Shown piece after piece: positions 25,732 through 38,500 of a stretch of 64,000 bases of DNA; position 1 is the stretch's first letter; each line of letters begins with the position of its first letter. This DNA comes from Strigamia acuminata. Its lineage: Eukaryota. The notes below the pieces were generated by a model that saw nothing but the letters and a program-made list of their open reading frames with translations, was not told the origin of the DNA and did no database searches. A program made the position numbers and the translations under genes. Location: NCBI GenBank assembly GCA_949358305.1, contig OX442314.1, positions 6,076,001 through 6,140,000 on the forward strand, read 5' to 3'.

Positions 25732-27420
25732 ATACACAGAGTTCAATCTTCCAGTTTAAATATACAGCTTGAACAAAAAGTGGTTCCTAATGGCTAATCA
25801 TGACTTCAAGACATTTTTTTATTCTGGTTATGGACATGTTGGAGTGTTGGTGTGGCGAAAGAGTGGAACCGAGTAACTGTTATCGACTTGGTGCTAAATT
25901 TAATAATGATATGTTTGACGCGGCCAACTCCACTATCAGGCGTACAGTATCAGGCAGGGGCCGGGAGCGGCCGGCCCACAAGCCTTACAATGACTGCGAA
26001 ATTATTTGGTCTGGCTCTGCCAAGGCTCTGGCAGGCGGAACTCGAAATTCAACACTGACCGACCCAAACCTGGAAAAGCAATTGCAAGTATCAACATCAT
26101 CAATACTGGCCTACATCACATGTCTCAACAAAAGGAAGCAGTTCCAGCTATCGATAGTGGGTGAGTTAATTAAATGTTTGACCAAATATAAGCGGCTAAT
26201 TTTTAAGTTGAAAAATTTTTGTGGCCTGCGAATGATGTTGTAAATATCCAAATGGTCCTTGGCAGAAGAAAGATTCCCCACCTTTGATAAAAGGAGAACA
26301 ATAGTTTAGCTTTGGATTAGATTGGTAGTTGACACTCATCAGATGTAATAACCTGAATGCTTTAAGGTCTGACAAAGACAACAACAGTGCTTTCGACATG
26401 CACAAGTTGTCGCGATGTGAATTATAAATTTAACTTTTTCTTAATTTTGATGTAAATTTTAAATGTCATTTAACTTTAATATAAATTTACAAATATTGTA
26501 AACAGACACTTTAAAACATAAATTTACAAGACTAAAATTTTGTAAATTTATAATTCTTGCAGTGGCTGCGGCCCCGAAAGTGGTCTTGGACAAAGATTAT
26601 GGGCAACAGACTCCTCAGCTTTATCACTGTTTAGACTGCTATCACTGTCAGTTTAATACATTGAGAAGTGATTTTCATGTTTGTAAAATTTAACAAACAT
26701 GCCTAATGTTAAAAAGCCAACAAATGACTCAAAATCACTGATAGTTATACTTTTAAATCTAAAATATGTCAAATAGAGATTAAAAATACATTGGATGTGC
26801 CCAGAGCATTATTTTATACAACTGGGACAAATATAAATGATTAGAAACTGCTGCTAATGTCTGCAGACCTAGTAGATCGTGAAAAATCACTCCAAGTTAA
26901 GATACAAGTTTCAAGAGTATTTGCAAAAAAAATCGAAAATATACATGTTGGCATATGAACATTAAGTGGAAACTGCATCATGTTCATGCGTGTGTGATAC
27001 CACATTGCATAATTGTCTAAATGAAATGGGATTCAACAAAAGAAAAGCATTATGTAAATCTCCAGTTTTAAAATTGCACAGGCGAAATTGTCTGGAGTGG
27101 TGTAATAAGGGCCATAGAAATAAGCTTGTTGGTTCTTGAAAAAAAAGATATTCGGTTATGAATCATATGTGGGTGTGTTGGTGTGGGTGTGTCAGGTGTG
27201 TCGAATACTTTTTTCCTCAAAGATGTCAACAAAAAAATCTGTAACTTTTTTAAATTTTGGTCATTTTTTTTCATATTGCCACTAAATTGTAGCATTTGGC
27301 TTGGGCTTTTTAGTGAATAAAATGTTTTGTTTATAAATTATTTCTTACACTGCACAAAAAAATGATTTTGAGTTTGAATCAGCTCATGTGGTGGCTGATC
27401 GAATACTTTTTGCTGTGTAG

Positions 27421-29345
27421 ATGGGTTCAAATCCGCTCATAATCCAATAAGACCCACCACCTTCCCATTTGTCTTTTCTTGTCGTTTCATTTTGTTTTAA
27501 CGTCTTTTCATATCATTTTTACGTCTTTTTATGTCTTTTCATGTCTTTTATATCTTTTTATGTCTTTTATGTCTTTTATATTTTTTTATATCTTTTATAT
27601 CTTTTCATGTCTTTTATATCTTTTTATGTCTTTTATGTCTTTTATATTTTTTTATATCTTTTATATCTTTTCATGTCTTTTATATCTTTTTATGTCTTTT
27701 CATGTCATCTTTATGACTCTTCATGTTCTGTTTATGTCTTTCTATTTTTTTTTTTTTTTTTTATGTTTCTGGGAAGCAGGCCCAGCTGGCTTCCTTACCC
27801 AAAAACAACACCACGGTGTTGTATCTTCAGTTTTTTAAAGATACAATTTTAGAAACAATGTGGAAAAATTTGAATAGAATACTATTTCAGCTGGAATGGC
27901 TAGGCGTGTGCGATTATTTTCCAAGCAAATATGAATACGATTACAGTATTCACTTGGCAGCGCTAAGTCACAGAAGAAATTTATCGCATCGAAAAAGTGA
28001 TCTCGTAAAGCTTCAAATTCACGCCTGGTTCATGTAGGGGCCGGGGTCAGTTTAAACGGCGGAGGTCATAGGCAATAGAGGCAAAGACTGTAAAAATTGG
28101 CGTTTAAGAGAGAGTGGGAATGTGTGAGATCGAGGCGGACAAGGCGGTGGCGAAAACGTAAACCAACATTCAGCGGGAGTTTTGGGCGATATTGGATGAC
28201 GCTGAATCAGAAGTGTAGAATTTTTGTTATAAATTATCAGAAATTAGCCTTTGTTCCATTGATTTTGTATTTGGACACCTCAAAAGACTCAATAAAATTG
28301 TTCTCGACCCAAACAGACGTGGTTTATTTTCGGGAGAAAATCGATAAATCAGTAAATACAACTACAGTCTTTTTTCAACATAAATACGATTATAACGACT
28401 TACAAAAATTCAAAATTAGCACTGTAGCAGTTCAGTGAAAAGCTAAACATGTACAGTACAAATTATTCCTCAAGAAGATTGGCAAATTTAAAAAGGTACT
28501 CACACTTTATTGCCTGTTCAGTTGCAAAACCCACTCATTTAGTAAGCACTGCATATTTCATTCTGTAGAAATTGCGCGAGAGAGCTTTACGGCTGGCTTC
28601 TCTGCTTGACATCCATTCGATCTGATTGCGACATTGGTCGAAAGATCTCGGATTTTGGGCTGTTGACTCGAGCTTGGAATAAGACTGCTGTCTATCAAAT
28701 TCTAAACTTGTTTGCTCGTAACACAGTACAGTTTGGTGTGGCACTATAGTTTGGCTCGACTGACTAGCACCTGAATGCTATTGCTTTCTTTGAAATGAAA
28801 GTTTAAACAAGTTAGTGAATTTTACGATGTTTTTTATTCGTACTTAAAAAGGAGATTAATCATTCGAGAATTATATTTCCGGTGTTTTATTAATCAATAC
28901 TTTCGAGTTTTGCACAAGAAATATTAATAATATTTTGCAAAGAAATAAGATTACTTCTTCCATGCAATTGACACAAACGCCAGGAGCAAGTGAGCAATAT
29001 TTGTTCTATGCACATTAAAGGAGTTGTGACATAAAAATTTACGACAGGAATTAACGTTAACGTTATGTATTTTTATACGTAGTTATCAAATTTTCAGTCA
29101 AAAATTTGAAAACTGTGACAATTTTGTCAATATTAAGGGATTGCTCTTTGCGCTTCACTGCCTTGCTTCAAAATCACAATTCTGTGTTGGTGAGTACTGA
29201 CAAGTGAGCTGATGTGCAGCTCTGAATGAATGGTTCACAGACTTGGAACAATGATTGATCACAGACTTGGAACAATGATTGATTCACAGACATGGAACAA
29301 TGATTGGTTCACAGACTTGGAACAATGATTGGTTCACAGACTTAA
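27421..29345. repeat. Unclassified dispersed repeat, copy B (uninterrupted), ending in a ~25-bp tandem array
   Basis: Homologous to ~8700-16275 minus insertions; TTCACAGACTTGGAACAATGATTG ~5x at 29232-29343. Confidence 0.8.
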
Positions 29346-29599
29346 TGTAAATGTTTAATTTACACATGAAATTTACAAAGTGATTAAATTCAATGTTAAA
29401 TGTCTAATTTTTCTTCGATTTTACACCAACTTTACAAAAACTGTAAAGCTCACATTTCCACATTAACTTTTGGAACATTTACAATTTGTAAAGCCATATT
29501 TTTTTCCAGTGTTCAATTCAAAATTTGACTTACCGTTTTATCTAGTTGACGACTTCACGATGTTCACTGAAGTGATCGGATACCACATGAGTTTAATCA

Positions 29600-30197
29600 A
29601 AATGCAATTTTTTTTATTTGTTATTCATGTTTTCCAACAGTGAATTATTCACCAGATGTACTGTATAATTTCTAATTTCAAAGAAAATGAACTTTAGACG
29701 TTGAAGTTTCTTGCGTGAGTTTAATCTAAATGCAAAACATTTTATTTCTCTTTCTATGTCACGTTCCAAGAATGAATAATTAACCAAGTGTACGGTATAA
29801 TTTCTAATGTCAAAGAAAATCAACTTTAGACGTTGAAGTTTCTTGCGTGAGCTTAATCTAAATGCAAAACACTTTATTTCTCTTTCTGTCACGTTCCAAG
29901 GATGAATAATTAATCAAGTGTATGGTATAATGTCTAATGTCAAATAAAATCAACTTTAGACGTTGAAGTTTCTTGCGTGAGTTTAATCTAAATGCAAAAC
30001 ACTTTATTTCTCTTTCTGTCACGTTCCAAGGATGAATAATTAATCAAGTGTATGGTATAATGTCTAATGTCAAAGAAAATCAACTTTAGACGTTGAAGTT
30101 TCTTGCGTGAGTTTAATCTAAATGCAAAACATTTTATTTCTCTTTCTATGTCACGTTCCAAGAATGAATAATTAACCAAGTGTACGGTATAATTTCT
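29600..30197. repeat. ~130-bp tandem repeat, ~4.5 copies; diverged copies at ~8280-8520
   Basis: ACGTTCCAAG recurs at 29761, 29891, 30021, 30153. Confidence 0.92.
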
Positions 30198-32194
30198 GGT
30201 GAGGACATGTGCTCTTGAGGTCCCTCAGCCAGCCTGGGCAGTGCAGCAGTGCCCCAGTTGACTCTGCTCTTCTCCCATTCACCACTGTGATGCTCAGTGA
30301 CAGGGGAGATGTCCCTTTGCAGCCTCCATGAGCGGCTACATGGGCTGTTAGGTAAGTAACCACAGCAGAATGTCATATGCCAACCGACTACGTCACTCAC
30401 AGGACGGTTGTAGGTGTGGTGTGCCCTTTGGCACCAACACGGGTGATGGGTACTCCGACGCCTAGACAACGAATTAAAGGCCAAAACCAACAATCCGGAG
30501 TCCCTGTCTCCATTATTACTTGAAGGTCCAGTTCCACTAACGGTGATCAATCCCCAGATTACTGTGGGAGAGACGGCCCAACATCACAATAGCTTTGTAT
30601 TATTAGAATTCAAAATAATTGTAACTGTAGCAAAGTATCAGATGATTTGGTGTGAAAAAGTTTTACCACACCTTTAACTGCTGGGCACATACTGTCGAAG
30701 GATTTAAATCCTGAAAAGCTTGAAGTATGTTAGAGGCTAAAGTATTTTGTTTTCCTGGAAAGGTCAGAATCAAGTTTCGAGAAAATGTTTCATTTATCTT
30801 TTTTTTTGCAGCCACTGCCACGATCATGACCGCAACAGCCCGATAGTTGCGCACTTTGTTGGCGATTTTAAAGTATGCAGTGGATCTTTTTCAAACATTC
30901 ACGTGGATGCCCCTTTTGGATTAGTTCCTGAAAAAGCGAAGTTTTTTTTTTTTAAATTTTTATCAAAAATTTGAATTTCTTTTGTAAACATTGAACCGAA
31001 AGCATTAATTTTTAAATACTCGTAAATGAGGTGCAAAACAATATACACACATAAAAAACTTTTCTGGGGCAGACGATCCGTATAAAATGAAAATAGTGTC
31101 AAAAGAGCAACCCAGAACCTGTTCGTCACAATCGGGAGCCCACTCGATCATTTCGGCCAATCACAGTGCCCGGTCCCCAGAACTGCTTTAAAATACATCA
31201 GAAAAAAAACCAATTTAATTCAAATATAAAAATTGTAAAATATTATTTTAAAAAACAAGGCAATATTTTATTACCATTTAAACAAACATTTATTGATTTC
31301 AAATTACAGAAATGACATAATCCAACTGCAGAAACACAAATGGCCGCCAAACTAAAAACAAACGCATCATCTTGTCGTGATTCGACTTTGTGGTTAAAGA
31401 TAATAAATAATATACTCGGGAATACAATATACTTCAAATACTGCTTTATTAAAACACGCTTACTAATACAAATATGAGTTAAGATGTTTCCTGTGGTGGT
31501 CCTCGGATTCGGCTGCGAATACGAGTTGCCGCTAAACAATGGCGGATCCAATTGTTTAGTCCTACGCGTGGTCTGTGTTTGTTGTCTAGGGTATTTCCAC
31601 GTGTTATTATGAACACGCGAGAATTCGCTTTCTCGTGCGAATTAAACGAATATCGTTCGGATATTTATTCTAGCGTAGTTTGGCTACGCTAAATAAATGT
31701 GGCTGTTGTACAGTTGAATGGTCAGCGGGCACCGGTCCTCGATCAATCCGTGAAACGGCCTGAAAGGTGAGGTAAATGGTGCTCTTGCTGAAATGTGGTA
31801 ACTGTAGTGTCGTTTCCGGTCAGGCATTGGTGTTATATATTAACCGGAAATGACGTCATATGCAAATCCTTCTGATTATGCAGGTTCGCAGAAACACGAG
31901 ACTAGTCAGTCTAATCGGTATTTCTAGCGCGCTCTAGTGGCGAGTATTAATAACATGATAATCGTCACTAATTACTTCTTCAGGTGATGCCGAATCACCA
32001 CACGTCCCTCCCCGAGAATAAATCATCGGGGCCCCCCTTAAATAAAGGTGGAACAGTATCTTTAATCATAAATAATCTTTTTATTAAATGATGGTGAATG
32101 ATGAACAAAATATTTTACATTCTTGAGACTGATACATAAATAATTCCAGGGTTTTTTAGAGAAGACAGTCTTCTCGTTACGAATTTGTAATTAA

Positions 32195-34333
32195 TTATTT
32201 CTTCAAGTTATCGGCGTAACTTGGCTTATCTTCCGAACTTGGTTCGTCCAGGTTGGGAGATGTGGTCAATTTTGAAGAGTAGTCCGAGGGGTCTTCGCTC
32301 TCGTTCAAGTAGAACCGTAAGTGACCTGGCGCTTCCAGCGGATTCCCCGTTCGTTCGTGGGCCCAAATCGGCGGCAAAAAGGGCGACATCCCCTGATTGG
32401 TGTGATGAATTCTTTGGGCTTCGGCAATGCTGGTTGGCGCGCGATGAGCTCGGAGCAGTCGTTGATGTTGGATGAAGCGATCGCCTCCGGCTCCGGCTTC
32501 GATAGCGTTCTTCATCCAGACATAAAGAGAATAGCCACGGTCTGGGGTTTGGAGTAATTTTGTTTCAGTGTCCTTCGTCAAGGACAACCCCGGGAAGTAC
32601 ATCCGGAGTCTGGCGGCGATCTGAGGTTCTGCCGTCTTTGAAACCTTCATGCTCGATTTTGGGCGGAGCATTTTTCTTTTTGGTTCCTTCTTTTTGAGCG
32701 AGACTGGTTCGGCCAGTGGCTCGGAAGGTCTATTTTCCTTCGGCGGAGGCGGAGGAGGAGGCGTAGGATCCCTGGGAGCCGGAGTTCCCACGACTGGTGT
32801 GGTCACCGAAGATGACGGGAGCGGATGTTGAATGATCGCTCGAACGTTCTGGTACGAGGCCTCTGGATCCGGGTCCTGGGCCACCATTTGAGCTCGAATT
32901 ACTGCCGCGGAGGGCACCAGGCGTGCCCAGCTGTCTACGAGAGCCGGCGGGACTTGGAAACCCTCGTGGGCCACTACGATCCAGGCTGCTACAGCAACAC
33001 GTGCGTTTCGGAAGGTGGCGGCGGCCAGCAAAATCGACATCAAGTCGGTAATGGCAACCACGATCCTCGTATTCCAATTTGGATGATCCCGATTCTTGTT
33101 CTGCGTATATTCAATCGAGATCCGCTGAAGATTTGTGATGACGTTCTGGATCATGTTTTGTTGGTACGAATCCATTTCGCACAAAAGTGCTCTGGCCTGC
33201 TCCACGGTTGTGACATCCAGGAATTGTTGCAACGTTACTTCCGAAGGGTTGATTGGAGTCGAGGCTTGGACGACTGCTGGGGCTGGCAACATCGGATTGG
33301 GTCCCGTGGATGTCGTTGGCTGAGGCACAGATCTGACCAGACGTCTTGATTTTTCCGGTTCGGGCTTGTCCCAAACAATTGGAGTTCTCGTTGAAGTTGA
33401 AGCTTCGGGGATAGTTGGGAGAGGTTCGACTTTGGCTGGTCCAAAGCGAGCCTCTCGATGTTTGAGTTGTTCTTCAGAACTCAGTGTCGGTGCGCCGATT
33501 ATCACTTTCTTGCGAAAGGCGCTTGGGAGGCTGACGCTGGAGGTTACGCTTCCCGTCTTCGAGAGTTCTGGCTTGATGAAAGCGCTTGGCGCCGTTTCTA
33601 GACTCGAGGCGGTAGAGGGAGTCGGGCGGTAGATTGGTTTCGGCTGCATTTGTTGGTATTTCATAACCACCGCGAGGAGATCCGCCTGAGTATACATCTT
33701 CTTCTGCTCGGGGACCTCGTCGATAATTACCTCGTCGTCGATCTTCATTGGTTCGGGACTGTCCCGAATTGATCGTGTGTCTTCGTAGCGTTTCCTGTCT
33801 CGCTGTCGTATTTCCTCTTCACGATACGCTTTCCATGAACGTGTGCGACTCTCCGATCCTCTCCTTCTTCGATCGTCTTGTAGACGGAGGTTCTCTCGTT
33901 CACGTCGGGCTTTCTCATCACGTTCGCGTAGGAACTCCTCTCGGTGTCTGTTCCACGATTCTCTGTTTTCCTCCCGCCGTCTGAAGTAATTTCTACGATA
34001 ATCGTCCCAACTTTCTTGGTTCTTATCGCGTCGGCGCTGATCTTCTCGGCAGTCGGGGCGTTCGCGTACATTCTCTCTTCTTCGGCTGTATGACGGGGCG
34101 TCCCTGGATTGAAATCGTGATGTTTTTGGGATCTCAGTCTTCCCTAGGCGAGAGAAAGCGCTTGGTTTGGCCAGGCGTTTCTTTGTCGCGGGTTTCTTGT
34201 TCTGCGCGCTGCTGGAAGTGCTTGGCTTGTCCAGGCATTGTTTCTTTGCTGAGCAGCCTCCTTCGTCGTGCTCGTTGGAAAGACGTTTCTCGGCCTTCTG
34301 GCGTTTGCGACCAAAGAAACCTAAAAAGTGCAA
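32195..34333 (-). CDS. Gypsy accessory ORF (~710 codons) of unknown function; Arg/Glu-rich N-half, Pro-rich segments, likely entered by splicing
   Basis: Long open frame inside the element 3' of pol; no AUG for ~195 codons, but CACTAAT branch point and TTTTTAG acceptor at 34322-34321; AATAAA at ~32080; no signal peptide, furin/fusion peptide or TM anchor evident. Confidence 0.75.
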   Translation of the reverse strand: MHFLGFFGRKRQKAEKRLSNEHDEGGCSAKKQCLDKPSTSSSAQNKKPATKKRLAKPSAFSRLGKTEIPKTSRFQSRDAPSYSRRRENVRERPDCREDQRRRDKNQESWDDYRRNYFRRREENRESWNRHREEFLRERDEKARRERENLRLQDDRRRRGSESRTRSWKAYREEEIRQRDRKRYEDTRSIRDSPEPMKIDDEVIIDEVPEQKKMYTQADLLAVVMKYQQMQPKPIYRPTPSTASSLETAPSAFIKPELSKTGSVTSSVSLPSAFRKKVIIGAPTLSSEEQLKHREARFGPAKVEPLPTIPEASTSTRTPIVWDKPEPEKSRRLVRSVPQPTTSTGPNPMLPAPAVVQASTPINPSEVTLQQFLDVTTVEQARALLCEMDSYQQNMIQNVITNLQRISIEYTQNKNRDHPNWNTRIVVAITDLMSILLAAATFRNARVAVAAWIVVAHEGFQVPPALVDSWARLVPSAAVIRAQMVAQDPDPEASYQNVRAIIQHPLPSSSVTTPVVGTPAPRDPTPPPPPPPKENRPSEPLAEPVSLKKKEPKRKMLRPKSSMKVSKTAEPQIAARLRMYFPGLSLTKDTETKLLQTPDRGYSLYVWMKNAIEAGAGGDRFIQHQRLLRAHRAPTSIAEAQRIHHTNQGMSPFLPPIWAHERTGNPLEAPGHLRFYLNESEDPSDYSSKLTTSPNLDEPSSEDKPSYADNLKK

Positions 34334-34378
34334 TTAGTGCATTGCTCGTTGCGAGGAAATAAAACCATGTCTTGGCCT

Positions 34379-35310
34379 CTAATCTGGGCGGTCGGGTCGA
34401 TCGTCTCGGATTTGCTGGAGCCAAATCTTAATTTCCTCGGTCGAGTAACCGTCCGGCTGCAGATAATCGAAAACTTCGTCATGAGCGGTCCGCCTCACCT
34501 CCTCGTAATACGCCATATGGATTTCGTGTTTTTCTTCTTCCGTTTCGGCGTCGCGCCATTGCTCGTACACTTCCCATCCCCGTTGGTCGTCTGGAAAGGC
34601 GGCTCGTATTAGTGGATTCGGGATTGGCGCCGGCGGATCCATATTTCTCGAAATTACCGCCCGTAAAGCTGCTTGGTATTGGCGCGGCATGTAGTGGATC
34701 AACGTTTGCTGGCTCGACCAGTAGCGGCTGATCGCACGAGATAATAAAAGGCGAATTTTCCATGGTTCAAAGTCGACCGATTCTTCGAGCGCCTGTCGGA
34801 ACAGTATGGGGATGACTTCACGCCATAAGCTGCCTGCGGAAACTCTTTTCGGGTCGATTTGCCCCCACGTAGTGCGATATCCGTCCTAAATATTAGAATA
34901 TTAATAAATATATTAGGATCGTTGGTTAATTTGTCATATTTTTTTAGAGATTCTTTCGTCTAACGCAAGATGGCGTCATGGTCGGCCATGTGCTTTTCGA
35001 CCACGTGTCTTGAAGTTACTTTTTCTTTCGGCATTTGATTAATTTTGACAATTTGTCACTTAAAGTTAAATTCTTTCTTCGTTCGTGGTCAGTCCACGAA
35101 CTTATTTCGCATTTTTAATTATCGATAATTGAATTTTCCCTATTTTTTTTTTTTACTTACGTCGGGTTGGGCATCGGGTTCATTGGGTTCGTCCCAATTT
35201 CCCTCTTCGTTGTTTACGACTATTTGTAACAAATCTACTTGATCTTCATCGTCATCCTCGGAAACGTTGTTTAGGGCCCGTTCAATTTCTTTCTTCCAAT
35301 CGTTTCTCAT
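34379..35310 (-). CDS. Gypsy accessory spliced ORF, 2 exons, 218 aa, unknown function
   Basis: Exon 1 35310-35161 (ATG, 50 codons, acidic MRNDWKKEIE...), donor GTAAGT; acceptor TTTAG, exon 2 34885-34379 in frame (DGYRTTWGQIDP...IHYMPRQY...). Confidence 0.65.
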
Positions 35311-35531
35311 TTTTTCGGAAATTAATTTGATAATTTGATTTCACGGCTGCCTCGAGGTGATCGTCGCTTAGCCGGAGATGACAGTGATAAGTGTGGGTCG
35401 GGTTAGAGGTTAACTATTAGTCTCATGTCATCTTTGATTGGTTTGGCCAATTAAGACGCATTGTGGGACGTAACAGGTGTCCCCCCTGTGGTTGTTTTTA
35501 TCGATTGTTCGAGACAATGGCTGGAGTTGCT

Positions 35532-38500
35532 TTATTGTTTTCCGACGAGTTTTCCGTCTTTTATGAACGGGTTTGGCTTGTGTCGGCGCATACCGTATAT
35601 TTTATCAGGTTTGGGGATTCCTGTAGTCTTTTTTTTGTTTGATTGCTTTCCTTTTTTAGGAGATTCTTCGACTATTTCCTCCCTCTCCGAAATCTCATCC
35701 GGGGCGTCGGCCGTTTCGTGTAACTCATCTTGAACTAAATTGGTCGGGCCAGTTTGTTCATCTAAAAACATGTCGCGAATAATTGGATTTTGCGCTGGTT
35801 TCGTCTGATATTCCGTCCAAGCCTCTTGAGGAAACTCAGGTAAGTATGGAGTTAATTCTCGGGCGTGGATCGATCTAAAATTAACGTTGTCTGCCAATCT
35901 TTTTAGTTTGAAAGCGTTTCCGCCGTGGGCTTCGAGTATGACGTACGGGCCGTCGCGTTTGTCTGCTAGGCCTGCGTGGATCCCCTTATCGGCGCTGGAC
36001 TGAATATGTGTGTCTTTCCAGACGAGGTCATTGACTTTAAAATTGCAGAAGGGCCGATCCTTTCCAGCAATGCTAATACGATCTCTCATGTCGAATATGT
36101 GTGACATCATGTGCTGATACGTGGCCGAAATTATTTGCTCCAGTCTGTCGACATAAATATGAGGCTTCTCAGGATCAATTTCCAGTATTTCCTCCGGTAT
36201 TCGCGGGTCCCAGGGTACTCTGAGTTCCCGAGCGAAGTTTAGAAACGCGGGAGAAAATTTGCGGTTCCTTGAGATCGTTGTGCGGATGCTGAAGGCAATT
36301 TCACGAAGATATTCGTCCCAGCTGGAGTGAACATCGGTGAAAATTGCCAGTGCATATTTTATGTCGCGATTTAACCTTTCGACGGGATTGGCCCGTGGAT
36401 TATAGGTTGATGTGTATGATGTCTCGATGTCGAATTTTTTACAGAAGTCTTTATATAAATTTGACGCGAATTGTGGTCCATTATCGGAGATTAATTTTCG
36501 AGGGAATCCAAAATGAAGCGCCACTTCGTACAAACATCGAATGATTTTTTGCTTAGTTGGTCTCTCCATTGGAAATAGTTCGGGCCATCCAGTCGCGACA
36601 TCCATGATTACTAAAATATATTTGTTTTTATTGGATGACGTGGGTTTTGGGCCCATTAAATCCACGCTCCAGCAATCGAAGGGTGCGAAGGGGCCGAGTG
36701 AGATTCTTTCGTAATTCTTGGGCGTCCTAGGTTTGCACGCTTGGCATCTGGGGCAGTGGTGAATGAAACGAACAATATCTCGGGTCATTTTGGGCCAGAA
36801 ATAAAGTTGGTTCGCTCGGTAGATTGTTCTGGCCACTCCAGAATGTCCGGCGAGCGGGTGTCCGTGGACCATCCACAGAAACCTTGTCAGCAGACTCCTG
36901 GGTATAACGACTTTCATCGAAGTTCCCGTCTCCGTCAGATCATCGCGGAAATTCGGGTGGTGTTTTAGTAGAAGTCCATCCTCGATTAAGTACGTGGAGG
37001 CTTCTCTTTCGAATTCTTCGCGTTGGATTTCGTCGAAATTCTTGTCGGGAAATTTTTTATCTGTGATGAAGTCTCGATAAGTTTTACAGAAGTCGTCTGT
37101 CATTTGGGCGGCTATTAATTCGTCCCTGGTGGGCGGCTTGCTGTTCGTCCCCTTGCTTACGTGGGCGACGAATGCTCGAACGTACTTGTCGGAGATTCGA
37201 GGTTCTATCGTTAGCTCGTACTCTGGGTGAGCGTCCTTGACAGACTGGTACGCTCGGAGCCAATAATTGTAATAATTTTGGTCTCCTGACTCGAGTTTCT
37301 CCTTGGGTAATTCGTTTAGCTTCTTAAATTCCCATTTTCGAACGGGGTTCGGACAGTAGAAGAGGCGTGAGTCGTCCTCTCCGCAGTCGGTCTCGTCTTC
37401 GGGGTCTGAAGCTGGGGCTCGTGAGAGGGCGTCTGCCACGACGTTGAATTTTCCGGGTCGGTATTCAATGATTAAGTCACAAGCCATTAATTCTAGCTGC
37501 CAGCGAGCCATTCTTCCGGACGGTTCCTTCAACGCCATTAACCATTTTAGGGCTTCGTGGTCGGTTTGTACGTTGAACTTGGTAAATTCCAGGTATGGTC
37601 TGAATTTTCGGATTGCCCAGACAACGGCTAGACATTCTAACTCTGTCGCATTATAATTCTTTTCGGCTGCTTGTAATTTCCGGCTGATGAACATCGTCGG
37701 GACCTCTAATTCTACTCCGTCGATGTCATGCCTTTGAAGCAACGCAGCACCTAGGCCAATTCGACTGGCGTCGGTGTGAAGAGTGAATTCTCGATTAAGG
37801 TCTGGTAGGGGAATCCGTTTTACATCGATCAACATTTGTTTTATTTTGTTAAACGATGTTTCGCAGTGGTCAGTCCACTCGAAATCTTTATCATTGCGTA
37901 ACAGATCTGTGATGGGCGCCGCGACGTCTGCCAAATTTGGGAGCATCCGATTGAAGAAATTCACCATGCCCATGAAACGTTGGACTCCTTTTACATCTTC
38001 CGGGGCGGGGAACTGGCTAATGGCCTGGGTCTTTTTCGGGTCGATGGATAGGCCACCTGTTCCGACTGTGTAACCCAGGAATGCCAATTCTTTGCGGCAA
38101 AATTTACTTTTCCCTGGATGGATGTTTAGTCCGGCCTTTGTGAGTCGCTCCATGACGTCATTCACATGCATCAAGTGGTCTGTAAAGGTCTGAGAGACTA
38201 TTACTATGTCGTCAAGATAAGCCCATGCGTATTTGTGTAAGGCATCGCCGAGAACTTTTTCTATTAATTTTTGAAAGGTGGCGGGTGCGTTTACTAACCC
38301 GAAGGGCATTACATTAAACATCAGTCGACCCTGTGGTGCCCAAAAAGCTGTTTTCTCCTTATCCTCTTCCCGCAATTCAACCTGCCAGTAACCCTTGGAC
38401 AAGTCCATGGTCGTGACCCAGTTAAATGGGGCGAGTTCTCGTAAAATTGCTTCTATTGATGGCATTTGGATGGGGTCAATGACGGTTATGGCGTTTAAAG

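Noticed and set aside
25800..26243. 147-aa plus-strand ORF
   Set aside because: No recognisable motif or supporting gene structure.
29600..30197. Regular repeats resembling a CRISPR array (also 17070-17395, 29232-29343)
   Set aside because: Whole units repeat with no unique spacers; no cas genes; eukaryotic context.
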